Assembly: GCA_046292385.1 (NCBI GenBank)
Contig: JBKBRF010000011.1
Location: 49,896 to 113,895, forward strand
Reading direction: 5' to 3'
From: Armatimonadota bacterium
GTDB taxonomy: Bacteria > Armatimonadota > SYMT01
Length of the DNA: 64,000 bases
The position numbers and the translations under genes were made by a program. A model generated the notes under the pieces. That model saw only the letters and a program-made list of their open reading frames with translations. It ran no database searches and was not told the origin of the DNA. Below, in pieces: positions 19,999-30,028 of this stretch. Numbering within the stretch: the stretch's first letter is position 1; every line of letters starts with the position of its first letter.

Positions 19999-20400
19999 GG
20001 CGGGGAAGGTCCTTTCCGGGTCCGCCCGGCTCTCTACGCCGGTCCAAAGCCCGCGCGAGTCTAGCAGAGCGGACAGGGCGTGTCAATCGGCTTAGCGGGA
20101 ATTCGGGCGGGCAGGAGCGGCTGCTGACGCCGACCCGGTCGACAGCTTGCTGTAGCCCGGGAGCATCCTCCGGCAGCGGCCGGCTCCCCAAAGCGGCAGC
20201 AAGCTGCCGCACTCCACAGGCCAGCCCGCGTGCCGGTCCCGCTGCACCAGGCGCTCTACGGAGTAGGATGTGGAGTACGGACCCGCCCACGCGAAACGGC
20301 CTCCGATAGAATCGTCGTAACCGTAACCGGAGGCGCTCCCGTGCGTCCTTCCTGTTGAGTCTCCGTCTTCGCGGAGCTCCGCGTCTGGCCTCGGAAGCGC

Positions 20401-22257
20401 ATGCATCTCATCTCGCCCTGGTCGCTGCTCTGGCTCCTGCTGCTGGTGCCGGTCATCGTCTTCTTCTACCTGCTCAAGCTGAAGCGGAAGGAGATGGTGA
20501 TCAGCTCCGTGCTGCTCTGGGACCACCTGGTGAAGGACGTCCAGGCCAACGCGCCGTTCCAGAAGTTGAAGAAGAACCTGCTGCTGCTCCTCCAGCTCCT
20601 GATCGCCCTCTTCTGCATCGCCGCGCTGGCGCGCCCCGCCTACGTGGCGCAGTCGCTGAGCGGCAGCAACGTGGTGGTGATCCTGGACGGCTCCGCGAGC
20701 ATGCAGAGCCGGGATGCGGACGGCGGCACCCGCTTCGACGCCGCGCGCCGCCAGGCGCAGCGGATGGTGGCCGACATGAAGGGCGGCGACCGGATGATGG
20801 TGCTGCTCGCCGGCGCGCGCACGCACCGCCTGACCAGCCTCACCAGCGACCAGAACGAGCTGCGCGCCGCCCTCGACGGCGCCAAGCCGTTCGATACGAC
20901 CACCAACCTGCGCGACGCGATGCTGCTCGCCGTCTCCGTGGCGGGCCAGTACCAGGGGAGCCGGGTCTTCATCCTCTCCGACGGCGCCTTCCCGGAGCTG
21001 GAATCGCTCGACGACCGCGGCGCCGACCTGCAGTTCGTCCGCTTCGGCTCCCGCACCGAGAACGTCGGCCTGGTGGCGATGGACGTGCGGCGCTCGTTCA
21101 AGGACGACGGCCGCTACCAGATGTACCTGGCGGTGCGGAACTACAGTCCCGAGCCGAAGACGACGAACCTCGAGTTCTACCGGAACGACGCGCTGATCGA
21201 CGTCCGGCCGCTGGAGCTGCCGGCGGCCGATCCGGAGACCGGCTTCAGCGAGCGCGCCGAGCTGTTCGAGGACCTGCAGGAAACGACCGGCATCCTGCAC
21301 GCGCGGCTCGACATCAAAGACGACCTGCCGGTCGACAACGAGGCGTACACGCAGCTCTCCGCCCGGCGCGAGATCAACGTCCTCCTCGTGACGGACGGCA
21401 ACCTCTACCTGGAGCGGGCGCTGAACGTCGATCCGAACGTCAAGGTCTCCCGGGTGGCGCCCTCCGGCTACACGGGACAGTCTGGATTCGACGTCGTGGT
21501 CTTCGAGAACGCCGGCCCGAAGGAAGTCGGTCCCGGCGCCCACCTCTACATCAACTGCGGCGGTCCCACCGTTCCGGTAGAGATCAAGGGCAAGGTGAAG
21601 GACGCCTCCGTGCTCACCTGGGACCGCGTTCACCCGGTGATGCGCTACGTGAAGCTGAACCAGCTCAACATGCCGGAAGCGCTGGCGGTGGAGAAGAAGC
21701 CGTGGGGCGTGGTGCTGGCGGAGCACGAGTCCGGCCCGGCGGTCGCAATCGGCGAGACTCGCGGCCAGAAGTCCGCGTTCGTGGGCTTCCCGCTGCTGCA
21801 GACCGACTTCCCGCTCCGCGTGGCGTTCCCGATCTTCTTCAACAACCTGGTCCAGTGGCTCGCCACCCAGCCCGGCCGCACCGAGGGCATGCAGCTCCGC
21901 GCGGGAGACACCGCCCCGGTCGAAGTGCCGGAGAACGTGGCGGAGGTGACCGTCCGGGATCCCGACGGGAACGCCACCCGCGTCAAGACCGACGGCCGCC
22001 TCGCCTACGTCTCCGCCACCGAGCGCAGCGGGATCTACACGGTGGAAGCTCCCAATTTCAAGCGGGAGTTCGCCGTGAACCTCCTGAGCCGCGACGAATC
22101 CGAGACGAAGCCGCGCGACCAGATCCGCTTCGGCCGCCGCCCCGTCCTCGCGGGCACCGGCCGCGTCAGCACCAACCGCGAGGTCTGGCGCTGGCTGCTC
22201 CTCGCCGCCCTGGTCATCCTCGCCGCGGAGTGGTGGGTCTTCCACAAGCGGATATAG
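20401..22257 (+). CDS. BatA-like protein: N-terminal double-TM 'aerotolerance regulator' domain plus VWA domain
   Basis: 'MHLISPWSLLWLLLLVPVIVFFYLLKLKRKEMVISSVLLW' is the BatA N-terminus. 'VVVILDGSASM' is a VWA MIDAS motif. Confidence 0.75.
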   Translation: MHLISPWSLLWLLLLVPVIVFFYLLKLKRKEMVISSVLLWDHLVKDVQANAPFQKLKKNLLLLLQLLIALFCIAALARPAYVAQSLSGSNVVVILDGSASMQSRDADGGTRFDAARRQAQRMVADMKGGDRMMVLLAGARTHRLTSLTSDQNELRAALDGAKPFDTTTNLRDAMLLAVSVAGQYQGSRVFILSDGAFPELESLDDRGADLQFVRFGSRTENVGLVAMDVRRSFKDDGRYQMYLAVRNYSPEPKTTNLEFYRNDALIDVRPLELPAADPETGFSERAELFEDLQETTGILHARLDIKDDLPVDNEAYTQLSARREINVLLVTDGNLYLERALNVDPNVKVSRVAPSGYTGQSGFDVVVFENAGPKEVGPGAHLYINCGGPTVPVEIKGKVKDASVLTWDRVHPVMRYVKLNQLNMPEALAVEKKPWGVVLAEHESGPAVAIGETRGQKSAFVGFPLLQTDFPLRVAFPIFFNNLVQWLATQPGRTEGMQLRAGDTAPVEVPENVAEVTVRDPDGNATRVKTDGRLAYVSATERSGIYTVEAPNFKREFAVNLLSRDESETKPRDQIRFGRRPVLAGTGRVSTNREVWRWLLLAALVILAAEWWVFHKRI

Positions 22258-22311
22258 TTTTGGAGAGCACCGCTCACCGAATCTTCCGGCTGCTCCGGTG
22301 GCCCCGCTGGC

Positions 22312-22332
22312 GCGAGAGGAATTCCCTCTCGC
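22312..22332. promoter_or_regulatory. palindrome gcgagagg-aattc-cctctcgc upstream of purH
   Basis: 8-bp arms. Same motif class as 1051 and 1164. Confidence 0.45.
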
Positions 22333-22471
22333 CAAAAGGGAGGCTGCCTCGGTGAAGTCTGTGGAGTGCGGTGGCTTGCCACCGCTTCCCCGCCAGGGGA
22401 ATGGCGCCGAAGGGCTCGGCAGCCGGTGAGCCACCTGCTCCGCTGATTTCGCTAAGAGAATCTAGCGAGGG

Positions 22472-24205
22472 ATGGCCGCTCCGCCCGGTCAGGGCGCGGG
22501 GCGGGACCCCGTGGCGATGCCGTCCACGAACGAGAGTCAAAACGCCCGGTCCACCGGGAAATCCTACGGAGTAAATCTTTTGGCACGGGTTCAGCGCGCG
22601 CTGATTAGCGTTTCAGACAAGACCGGCGTGGTAGAGCTCGCCCGCGGGCTGCAGGAGCTGGGCGTGGAGATCCTCTCCACCGGCGGGACCGCCGCCAGCC
22701 TGCGCGAGGCGGGGGTGAACGTGACCTCCGTGGAGCAGGTCACCGGCTTTCCCGAGATGATGGAAGGTCGCGTGAAAACGCTCCACCCCGCGGTGCACGG
22801 CGGGATCCTGGCCGACCGCGCTAAGCCGGACCACATGGAGCAGCTCGCGGGCCAGGGCTTCCGGCCGATCGACCTGGTGGCGGTGAACCTCTACCCCTTC
22901 GCGCAGACCGTCGCCCGTCCCGGCTGCAGCCTGGAGGACGCGATCGAGAATATCGACATCGGCGGCCCGTCGATGATCCGCTCCGCCGCCAAGAACCACG
23001 CCGCGGTCACCGTCATCACCTCCCCAGCGGCGTACGGCGAGGTGCTGGAGGAGCTGCGGCAGAACCGCGGGGAGACGTCGCTCGCGACGCGCCGGCGGCT
23101 GGCGCAGCAGGCGTTCGCGCACACCGCGGAGTACGACCGCGCGATCGCGGCCTACCTGGCGGGCCAGCTCGAGGCGGGAGATACGCAGGAGACGCGCCTT
23201 CCGGAGCGGCTCGACCTCCAGTTCCGCAAGGCCTACGACCTGCGCTACGGTGAGAACCCGCACCAGAAGGCGGCGTTCTACCTCGATCCGAAGCCGGGCG
23301 AGCCGAGCGTCGCCACCGCCCGGCAGCTCCACGGCAAGGAGCTCTCTTTCACCAATATCCTCGACCTGAACGCGGCGCTGGAGCTGGTGAAGGAGTTCGA
23401 CCGGCCCGCCTGCTCCATCATCAAGCACACCAACCCGTGCGGGTGTGCCGTGGCCGATTCGCTGGTCGAAGCCTACCGCCTGGCCCGCGAAGGGGAGCTG
23501 CCGCCGCTCAACTCGCGCTTTGGCGGCATCATCGCCTGCAACCGGCCGATCGACCTGGAGACGGCCGAGGAGATCATCGCGCCCGGCAGCTACTACGAGT
23601 GCATCATCGCGCCCGGATTCGCGCCGGAGGTGCTGGAGTTGTTCCGCGGCCGCAAGAGTTGGGGCGAGCGGGTGCGGCTGATGGAGATCGACCCGCTGCC
23701 GCCGTTCGCGCAGCTCCGCGCTGAGGCGAGAGGACTCGACGCGCTCGACCTCAAGCGCGTGGTCGGCGGCCTCCTGGCGCAGGAGCGCGACCTCCGCGAT
23801 CCGCAGGTGGGAGAAGACGGTGATCTCCAGGTGGCCACCGACCGTGCCCCCACAGAGCAGGAGCTGGCCGACATGCTCTTCGCCTGGAAAGTGGTGCGGC
23901 ACGTGAAATCGAACGCCGTGGTCCTGGCGAAGAACGGACAGCTGATCGGTGTGGGCGCCGGGCAGACCAACCGCGTCCAATCCGCCGAGCTGGCGGTGAA
24001 GATGGCCGGACCGCGGGCGGAAGGCTCCGTCTGCGCCAGCGACGCCTACTTCCCGTTCCCGGACGGCCCGGAAGCGCTGGCGAAGGAGGGCGTGAAGGCG
24101 ATCATCCAGCCGGGCGGCTCGGTGAAGGACCAGGATACGGTCTTCGTTTGCAACCAGCACGGCGTGGCGATGGTCTTCACCGGCGCGCGCCACTTCCGGC
24201 ATTGA
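22472..24205 (+). CDS. purH: bifunctional AICAR transformylase / IMP cyclohydrolase
   Basis: 'RALISVSDKTGVVELARGLQELGVEILSTGGTA' ... 'VKTLHPAVHGGIL' ... 'DLVAVNLYPF'. The true start is probably downstream of 22472, around 22517 to 22590. Confidence 0.9.
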   Translation: MAAPPGQGAGRDPVAMPSTNESQNARSTGKSYGVNLLARVQRALISVSDKTGVVELARGLQELGVEILSTGGTAASLREAGVNVTSVEQVTGFPEMMEGRVKTLHPAVHGGILADRAKPDHMEQLAGQGFRPIDLVAVNLYPFAQTVARPGCSLEDAIENIDIGGPSMIRSAAKNHAAVTVITSPAAYGEVLEELRQNRGETSLATRRRLAQQAFAHTAEYDRAIAAYLAGQLEAGDTQETRLPERLDLQFRKAYDLRYGENPHQKAAFYLDPKPGEPSVATARQLHGKELSFTNILDLNAALELVKEFDRPACSIIKHTNPCGCAVADSLVEAYRLAREGELPPLNSRFGGIIACNRPIDLETAEEIIAPGSYYECIIAPGFAPEVLELFRGRKSWGERVRLMEIDPLPPFAQLRAEARGLDALDLKRVVGGLLAQERDLRDPQVGEDGDLQVATDRAPTEQELADMLFAWKVVRHVKSNAVVLAKNGQLIGVGAGQTNRVQSAELAVKMAGPRAEGSVCASDAYFPFPDGPEALAKEGVKAIIQPGGSVKDQDTVFVCNQHGVAMVFTGARHFRH

Positions 24206-24238
24206 TCGGCTCCGGACGCCAAGAGAGTTCACAGGAGG

Positions 24239-24769
24239 ATGAGTGAGATGAGCAGGCAGTCCCCCACCCCAGGCGCGTTGAGCCGGCGAGGCGTTTCGCT
24301 CCTCGCGGTCTCGGCGTGCGCGGCACTCCTGCTCCTCGCCGGCTGCGACTCGGCACGACGGTCCTCGGACGTGGGCGTCTCGCCGGCCCCGGCCACACAG
24401 GCCCCGGTGGAGGAGCCGCCGATTACCGACTTCGCGCAGCTCCCGACGGACGACGGCGCCAACTTCGTCGTGAAGGCGGAGCCCCGCTCCAAGGCGGTGC
24501 TGGAGCACTACGACCGGGAGTTCAAGGCGAAGGGGTGGCGGCGCCTGAACACCGCCCGCAGCACCGGACAGCTCTGGGAGTGGCAGCCCCTGCCGCCGGG
24601 CCTGGGTCTGGATTACTCGGAAGATCTGGAAGGCGCCTGGGTCAACCCGAAGACCGGAGAGACCGCAGTGCTGGGTCTGAACCAGCCGGCCAAGAGGAAA
24701 GGCGTGCAAGAGGGCACCCTCGACATCTACCCGAAGGGCGAAAACCCCTGGGCGGACGTCGAAGAGTGA
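24239..24769 (+). CDS. hypothetical lipoprotein
   Basis: Signal peptide with the lipobox 'LLLAGC'. Confidence 0.5.
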   Translation: MSEMSRQSPTPGALSRRGVSLLAVSACAALLLLAGCDSARRSSDVGVSPAPATQAPVEEPPITDFAQLPTDDGANFVVKAEPRSKAVLEHYDREFKAKGWRRLNTARSTGQLWEWQPLPPGLGLDYSEDLEGAWVNPKTGETAVLGLNQPAKRKGVQEGTLDIYPKGENPWADVEE

Positions 24770-26910
24770 CGGCACGCCGCCGCTCGCCCGGCCCGGCCTG
24801 GGGCGCGCTGGTGTTGCTGACGGCCGCGGCGATCGCCTCGGCGGATGGGCTGATGGTGCCGATGGCGAGCGCTTCCACCCCGCTCTCCGTGCGCCCGCGA
24901 GCGGCGGCGGTTCCGGCGGCGTTCTCCGCGAAGGAGCGACCGCTCCTGCTGATCCCGCAGCCGAAGCAGGTCCGGCTCGCTGAGGGGCACCGTGCGGAGA
25001 AGCTCACCGTCCGGGACGGGATCGAGTGCTCCGTCACGCTCCCCCAGGGGGAGGACCACCTGCCGGCGGCACTGCGAGAGGTGCTCTCCTCCGCCGGTAT
25101 CACGCCGCGCACGGTCCGCCGTTACTTCCACGCGGCACCCTGGGCGGAGGTCCGGCTCGGCTCCACCGCGCGCGCCCGCACCGCCCCGGCGGAAGACGCC
25201 GAATGGGCGCGCAACCCCGAGGGCTATTCCCTGAAGATCGGCGCCGACGGGGTCACCCTCACCGGCAGCACGGCACGGGGGGCGTTCTACGGACTCCAGA
25301 CGCTTCGACAACTCCTGCGTCCGGGTGCGGACGGGGCGGAGTGCCCCACCGGCGAGATCCTGGACTGGCCCACTATGCCGTCCCGCGGCGCGCACTGGTT
25401 CCCCAGCGCCTCCGGGGTGCCGTTCCATCGCAAGCTGATCGAGCGGGTGATGTCGCGCTACAAGCTGAACGCGGCGGTCATCCAGTGCGAGGCGGCGAGA
25501 TGGGAGAGCCATCCGGAGATCGCCGCTCCCAACTCGATCTCCCGCGCCGATCTCCAGGGGCTCGTCGACCTCTGCCGGTCGCGCTACCTAGACCCGATCC
25601 CGCTCATCAACGCGCCCGGCCACGCCCAATGGATGTTCCGGAACGACCGGAACCTGGAGCTGGCCGAGGATCCGCAGACCCCGTACGCCTACTGCGTGAA
25701 CCACCCGGAGGGCCGCAAGTTCATCCGGGAGATCCTCACCGAGGCGGTGGAGGTCTTCCGCCCGTCCTGGTTCCACCTGGGGCACGATGAGGTGACCCTC
25801 CGCGGCCGCTTCCCGAACCCGGAATGTCCCCGCTGCGCCGGCAGGGACGTGACCGACCTGGTGTTAGGGCACGCGCGCGGCATGCGCGACTGGCTGGCGG
25901 AGCGGAAGGTCCGGATGATGATCTGGGGCGACATGCTCCTGGCGCCGTCCGAGTCGCCGGATGCCCACGCCCCCAGCGAGACGGCGGCCCGCGCCCGCCG
26001 GCAGGGGCTGCCGGACGACCTCCGCGTGGCGGACTGGCACTACGAAACACGAGACCGATATCCCAGTCTCGACCTGCTGCGCCAGGGCGGCCGGGAGGTG
26101 ATCGCCTGTACCTGGCACGATCCCCAGAACGTCTTCACCTTCGCGCGGGCCGCGCGGCAGGCGGGCGCGGCGGGTCTGCTGCAGACCACCTGGGCCGGCT
26201 ATTTCCCGGATGAGAAGGTGCTGGAGACGGAGAGCCGGCAGTTCGCCGCCTTTATCCTGGCGGCGGAGTACGCGTGGTCCGGCCGCTCGGAGCCCCCTGC
26301 CGAGCTGCCGTACCGGCATGGGACGGAGCTCGCCCGCGCCTATACCGAAGACGGGCCGCCGCTGGACCGGGCTGGCACGCTCCTCGATCTCAGCCGCGCC
26401 GCCCGGGTTACCCGCGCCGCCTGGGAGAAGCTCGGTCCGGCGTTCGACCTCCGGAGCCTGCCGGCCGGCAAGCGCCGCGCGGCGGACGTGCTCTTCCAGG
26501 TGCCGGAGAAGCTTCTCGTGCTTGGCGGCCCGGCCTCGGTCGCCGGCGCCTCTCCGGGCGTCACGCTGGAGCTGAGTCGCAAGGCGGGGGAAGTGGCGCT
26601 GCTCAACGCGGCGGTCCGCAGCGTGCCCCCCGGCACAGTAGCGGCAAAGGTGACCGTCGAGTACGCCGACGGCGCCGCGGAGACCGTGGAGCTCGCGACC
26701 GGACGGAGCACCGCCGCCTGGAGCGACGAGACCGCCCTCTTCCGCGCCCCCATCGGCTGGCAAGCCCGCGCCGCCTCCGGCGAAAGGGGCGCGCTGCGCG
26801 TGACCCGCTGGTCCAATCCCCATCCGGAGCGCCAGATCGCGCGCCTCCGCTTCCAACCGGTCCACCCGGAAGCCGGCCTGATCCTCGCCGGGGTCACACT
26901 GCTCGACTGA
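24766..26910 (+). CDS. glycoside hydrolase family 20-like (beta-N-acetylhexosaminidase-like) secreted protein
   Basis: GTG start overlapping the upstream stop (GTGA). Signal peptide present. 'GAFYGLQTLRQLL', 'DWPTMPSRGAHW' and 'HLGHDEV' resemble GH20 catalytic-domain motifs. The N-terminal 150 codons of the 24316 ORF were rejected. Confidence 0.55.
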   Translation: MTARRRSPGPAWGALVLLTAAAIASADGLMVPMASASTPLSVRPRAAAVPAAFSAKERPLLLIPQPKQVRLAEGHRAEKLTVRDGIECSVTLPQGEDHLPAALREVLSSAGITPRTVRRYFHAAPWAEVRLGSTARARTAPAEDAEWARNPEGYSLKIGADGVTLTGSTARGAFYGLQTLRQLLRPGADGAECPTGEILDWPTMPSRGAHWFPSASGVPFHRKLIERVMSRYKLNAAVIQCEAARWESHPEIAAPNSISRADLQGLVDLCRSRYLDPIPLINAPGHAQWMFRNDRNLELAEDPQTPYAYCVNHPEGRKFIREILTEAVEVFRPSWFHLGHDEVTLRGRFPNPECPRCAGRDVTDLVLGHARGMRDWLAERKVRMMIWGDMLLAPSESPDAHAPSETAARARRQGLPDDLRVADWHYETRDRYPSLDLLRQGGREVIACTWHDPQNVFTFARAARQAGAAGLLQTTWAGYFPDEKVLETESRQFAAFILAAEYAWSGRSEPPAELPYRHGTELARAYTEDGPPLDRAGTLLDLSRAARVTRAAWEKLGPAFDLRSLPAGKRRAADVLFQVPEKLLVLGGPASVAGASPGVTLELSRKAGEVALLNAAVRSVPPGTVAAKVTVEYADGAAETVELATGRSTAAWSDETALFRAPIGWQARAASGERGALRVTRWSNPHPERQIARLRFQPVHPEAGLILAGVTLLD

Positions 26911-26972
26911 GCGTCGGGAACGGATCAGAGGAGTGATAGAGATCGGCTTCAGCCAGTTCCGTGCTCGAGGCG

Positions 26973-27590
26973 CTACCGATAGGCCGTAAACACCGGCGAC
27001 GGGCCCTCCGCCGTCTGTCCGGAGCGCCGCCTCACTTCCACGTAGTAGTCGTAGCAGCCGGGGCAGACCAGCATGTGCCACATCAGGCTGCGCTCCTTCC
27101 GGCGGTCCAGGCCGGTGCCGACCATTCGCGGCACCAGGTCGTGCACCTGCTGCTCGTCCATCGGCTCGATGTCCGGCGCGTCGGCGGGGATCTTGACCCG
27201 CCGCACCACCACCTCCGGCGCCGGGCGGTGCCAGACGTTCACGGAGGCGAGCGCCAGCAGGCAGACTCCCGCCAGCGCGAAGGCGGCGCCGCTCGCCCAG
27301 CGCGGCGCCCGCCACGGGCGCCGGGAGGGTGCCGGGGGGCGTGCCGCGCCTCCGGTCTCCAGCGCCTGGAGGACCCGCCGGCGCACCGCTGCGCGGCACG
27401 GGTCTTCCGCCGTGGTCTGCGCGGGGGGCAGCGCGTCCTGCACCTGCGCCGCCATGTCGAGCATCTCCACCAGTTCCCGCAGCTCGTCCCGGGAGAGGCG
27501 CGGCGGCGGCCCGTCCGGGTGGCACTCTCGGATCTGCTCCACGTATCGCCAGACCAGCTCGGCGGCGATTTGTTCTCGGTTCGTTGCCAT
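26973..27590 (-). CDS. membrane anti-sigma factor (cognate to the upstream ECF sigma)
   Basis: Lies 9 nt downstream of the ECF sigma gene. Cytoplasmic N-terminus, a single TM segment 'AAFALAGVCLLALASV', and a C-terminal 'HMLVCPGCYDYY' Cys motif. Confidence 0.55.
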   Translation of the reverse strand: MATNREQIAAELVWRYVEQIRECHPDGPPPRLSRDELRELVEMLDMAAQVQDALPPAQTTAEDPCRAAVRRRVLQALETGGAARPPAPSRRPWRAPRWASGAAFALAGVCLLALASVNVWHRPAPEVVVRRVKIPADAPDIEPMDEQQVHDLVPRMVGTGLDRRKERSLMWHMLVCPGCYDYYVEVRRRSGQTAEGPSPVFTAYR

Positions 27591-27599
27591 CGTTCGGTC

Positions 27600-28202
27600 C
27601 TACGACTTGGTTCGTTCCGGACGGGACTGCTCTTTCAGCACCAGCTCGCGGAGCCGCTTCATCGCCTTGTAGAGGTGCGTCGTCACGGAGGTGATCGACG
27701 GCTTGCCCATGATCTCCTGGATCTCCCGGCAGCTCAGCTCGCGGTCGTAACTCAGCGTGATGATCTGGCGGTCGGACGGGCTCAGCCGCTCCATCGCCTC
27801 CCGGATGCGCGCCAGCTCCGCTTGCCACAGCACCAGGTCTTCCGGCGCGATCGCCTGGGGATCGGCCTCCGGGCGCACTTCCTCCAGCACCAGCGGCTCC
27901 GGCGTCCGGCCGCGCTGGCGAAGGCGGTCGGTCACCAGGTTGCGCGCCACGGCGTAGAGGTAGGAGAGGTAGCTGGCGCCGCGGTCCGGATCGTACGACT
28001 GGATCCGGGCGAAGGCGCGCGCGAAGGCGTCCGCCAGGAGGTCCTCCACCTCACCGTCCGGCAGCCCGGAATGGCGGATGAAGCGCTCCAGTCGGGTGTA
28101 GTGGCGCTCGAAGATCACGCTGAAGAGCTTCGCCTCGCCGCGCTGTACCCGGCGGACGATCTCTTCATCCGAGGCGGAAGACCACCTCGTCTCCTCTCTC
28201 AT
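27600..28202 (-). CDS. ECF-family RNA polymerase sigma factor (sigma-70 regions 2 and 4)
   Basis: 'FERHYTRLERFIR' in region 2 and 'LSCREIQEIMGKPSITSVTTHLYKAMKRLR' in region 4. Confidence 0.85.
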   Translation of the reverse strand: MREETRWSSASDEEIVRRVQRGEAKLFSVIFERHYTRLERFIRHSGLPDGEVEDLLADAFARAFARIQSYDPDRGASYLSYLYAVARNLVTDRLRQRGRTPEPLVLEEVRPEADPQAIAPEDLVLWQAELARIREAMERLSPSDRQIITLSYDRELSCREIQEIMGKPSITSVTTHLYKAMKRLRELVLKEQSRPERTKS

Positions 28203-28267
28203 GCGCAGCCCTCGCTTCCGGCTCCTGAGTCGCTACATCCTACGAGCGCGCGGGCCGCGGTGTCACT

Positions 28268-28490
28268 GTTCCGAACCTTGATTCACCGCAGAGACGCAGA
28301 GGACGCGGAGAGAACCCGAACCAGATTCCGATCCGGACTTGTCGCTAAGAACGCAAAGAGGGGAACCAGAAGGACACATTCCGGGGCCGCTGTACCCGAC
28401 TCGACAGGCGAGTCAGGCCCCACTCTGGTTCGCTCCCCCAGGCTCCCCATCTGCGCTCTCTGCGTCTCTGCGGTGAATGATGGTTCGGAA
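28268..28490. mobile_element. MITE-like element, family B (223 bp) with roughly 30-bp terminal inverted repeats GTTCCGAACC..TTCACCGCAGAGACGCAGAG / CTCTGCGTCTCTGCGGTGAA..GGTTCGGAA
   Basis: TIRs read directly. Internal sequence is shared with 62405-62756. Sits 5 nt downstream of the gspE-like stop and 66 nt upstream of the ECF sigma start. Confidence 0.6.
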
Positions 28491-28495
28491 ATGCG

Positions 28496-30028
28496 TCAGC
28501 TATCGAGGTAGACGGCTCGCAGGACTTCTTCCAGGGTGGTGACGCCGGAGAGGACCTTGCGGAGGGCGTCGTCGCGGAGGGCGACCATGCCGGTCTGAAT
28601 AGCCGCCTTCCGGATCTCGGCGGCGCTGCGGCGCTCCTGGATGGCGGTGCGGATCTGCTCGTTCATCACCAGCAGCTCGTAGACCCCCAGCCGGCCGCGG
28701 TAGCCGGTGTGACGGCACTCCCGGCAGCCGGCGCCGCGGTAGATCACCGCGTGCGGATCGGTGATGTTGAGCCGCTTCCGGAGGGCATCCGGGATCGGCT
28801 CCGGCGCGCGGCAGTTGGAGCAGATGCGGCGGACCAGCCGCTGCGCCATCACGCCCACGACCGCGGAGCTGAAGAGGAACGGCTCCAGGCCCATGTCGGT
28901 CGCGCGGGTGGCGGCGCTGGCGCTGTCGTTGCAGTGCAGGGTGCTGAAGACGAAGTGCCCCGTCAGCGCGGCCTGCACCGCCATGCCGAGCGTCTCCATG
29001 TCCCGGATTTCCCCGACCATCACCACGTCCGGGTCCTGGCGCAGCGTGTGGCGCAGCGCGGTGGCGAAGGTGAGGCCGATCTTCGGGTGGACCTGGATCT
29101 GCGTGACGCGCGGCAGCTCGTATTCCACCGGATCCTCGATCGTCATCACGTTGCGCCCGGTGGTATCCATGGCGCGGAGCGCGGTGTAGAGCGAGGTCGT
29201 CTTTCCGGAGCCGGTCGGTCCGGTCACCAGGAGCATCCCGTACGGCTTGGCGATCACTTGCTCGAAGAGGCGGCGCTCCCGCTCCAGCATCCCCAGCTCT
29301 TCCAGGGAGAGGGTGGTCGAGTCTTTGGGGAGCATGCGGAGCACCGCCTTTTCCCCGAACTGCGTCGGCATGGTGGAGACGCGGACGTCCCACCGCATCC
29401 CGACCAGCTTGATCGCAAAGCGGCCGTCGAGCGGCAGCCGGTGCTCCGCGATGTCGATGTTCGCCAGGATCTTGATGCGGGAGAGTAGCGGGATGTGCTC
29501 GTCCGGGCTCATCTCGCGGTAGTCGAAGAGCACTCCGTCCACGCGGAAGCGGACGACGCACCGCGTCTCGTACGGCTCGAAGTGAACGTCGCTCGCCCGC
29601 TGCTGGATCGCGTCGGTCAGGATCTTCTCCAGCAGCAGGACCGTCGGCGCGTCGGCGGAGGGCTTGCTCGATCCGAGCACCACGGTGTTGCCGCGGGCGG
29701 TGCTGCTGCTCCCCAGCGCCGCGTCTTCCCCGTCGCCGAGATCGGCGTAGACCCGCGCGATGATGGCGCGCAGGTCCGCGGGCGAGGTGGGTACCGGGCG
29801 CACCCGCTTGCGACTCAGGCGCTGGATCTCGTCGATCGCAACCACGTCGCCCGTGTCGAGCATCGCCACGGTGAGCACGTCGCCCTCGATCTCTACCGGG
29901 ACCGCCTGCAGCGCCTCGGCGGCCTGCCGCGGGATGGCGGCGGCGAGGGCGGGGTCCAGCTTCACACTCCCCGCGGTGATCGGCGCGGTCTCGGACGGAC
30001 GGGTCGGGACGCTCATACTTACCTCCAC
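28496..30028 (-). CDS. GspE/PilB-family secretion ATPase (T2SS/T4P assembly ATPase)
   Basis: GSPII_E N-terminal domain, Walker A 'VTGPTGSGKTT', and C-terminal tetra-Cys 'CSNCRAPE...CRECRHTGYRGR'. Confidence 0.85.
   Translation of the reverse strand: MEVSMSVPTRPSETAPITAGSVKLDPALAAAIPRQAAEALQAVPVEIEGDVLTVAMLDTGDVVAIDEIQRLSRKRVRPVPTSPADLRAIIARVYADLGDGEDAALGSSSTARGNTVVLGSSKPSADAPTVLLLEKILTDAIQQRASDVHFEPYETRCVVRFRVDGVLFDYREMSPDEHIPLLSRIKILANIDIAEHRLPLDGRFAIKLVGMRWDVRVSTMPTQFGEKAVLRMLPKDSTTLSLEELGMLERERRLFEQVIAKPYGMLLVTGPTGSGKTTSLYTALRAMDTTGRNVMTIEDPVEYELPRVTQIQVHPKIGLTFATALRHTLRQDPDVVMVGEIRDMETLGMAVQAALTGHFVFSTLHCNDSASAATRATDMGLEPFLFSSAVVGVMAQRLVRRICSNCRAPEPIPDALRKRLNITDPHAVIYRGAGCRECRHTGYRGRLGVYELLVMNEQIRTAIQERRSAAEIRKAAIQTGMVALRDDALRKVLSGVTTLEEVLRAVYLDS

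Noticed and set aside
20092-22434. 780-aa minus-strand ORF
   Set aside because: Entirely antisense to the well-supported BatA-like VWA gene. Its composition is Arg/Ala/Gly/Pro-rich, typical of open antisense frames at 70% GC.
24316-24765. N-terminal 150 codons of the 864-aa ORF (the GH20 frame)
   Set aside because: Overlaps the lipoprotein gene in another frame and precedes the signal peptide. A GTG at 24766 gives a proper signal sequence.
22613-24775. 720-aa minus-strand ORF
   Set aside because: Antisense to purH and the lipoprotein gene. No domain signal.
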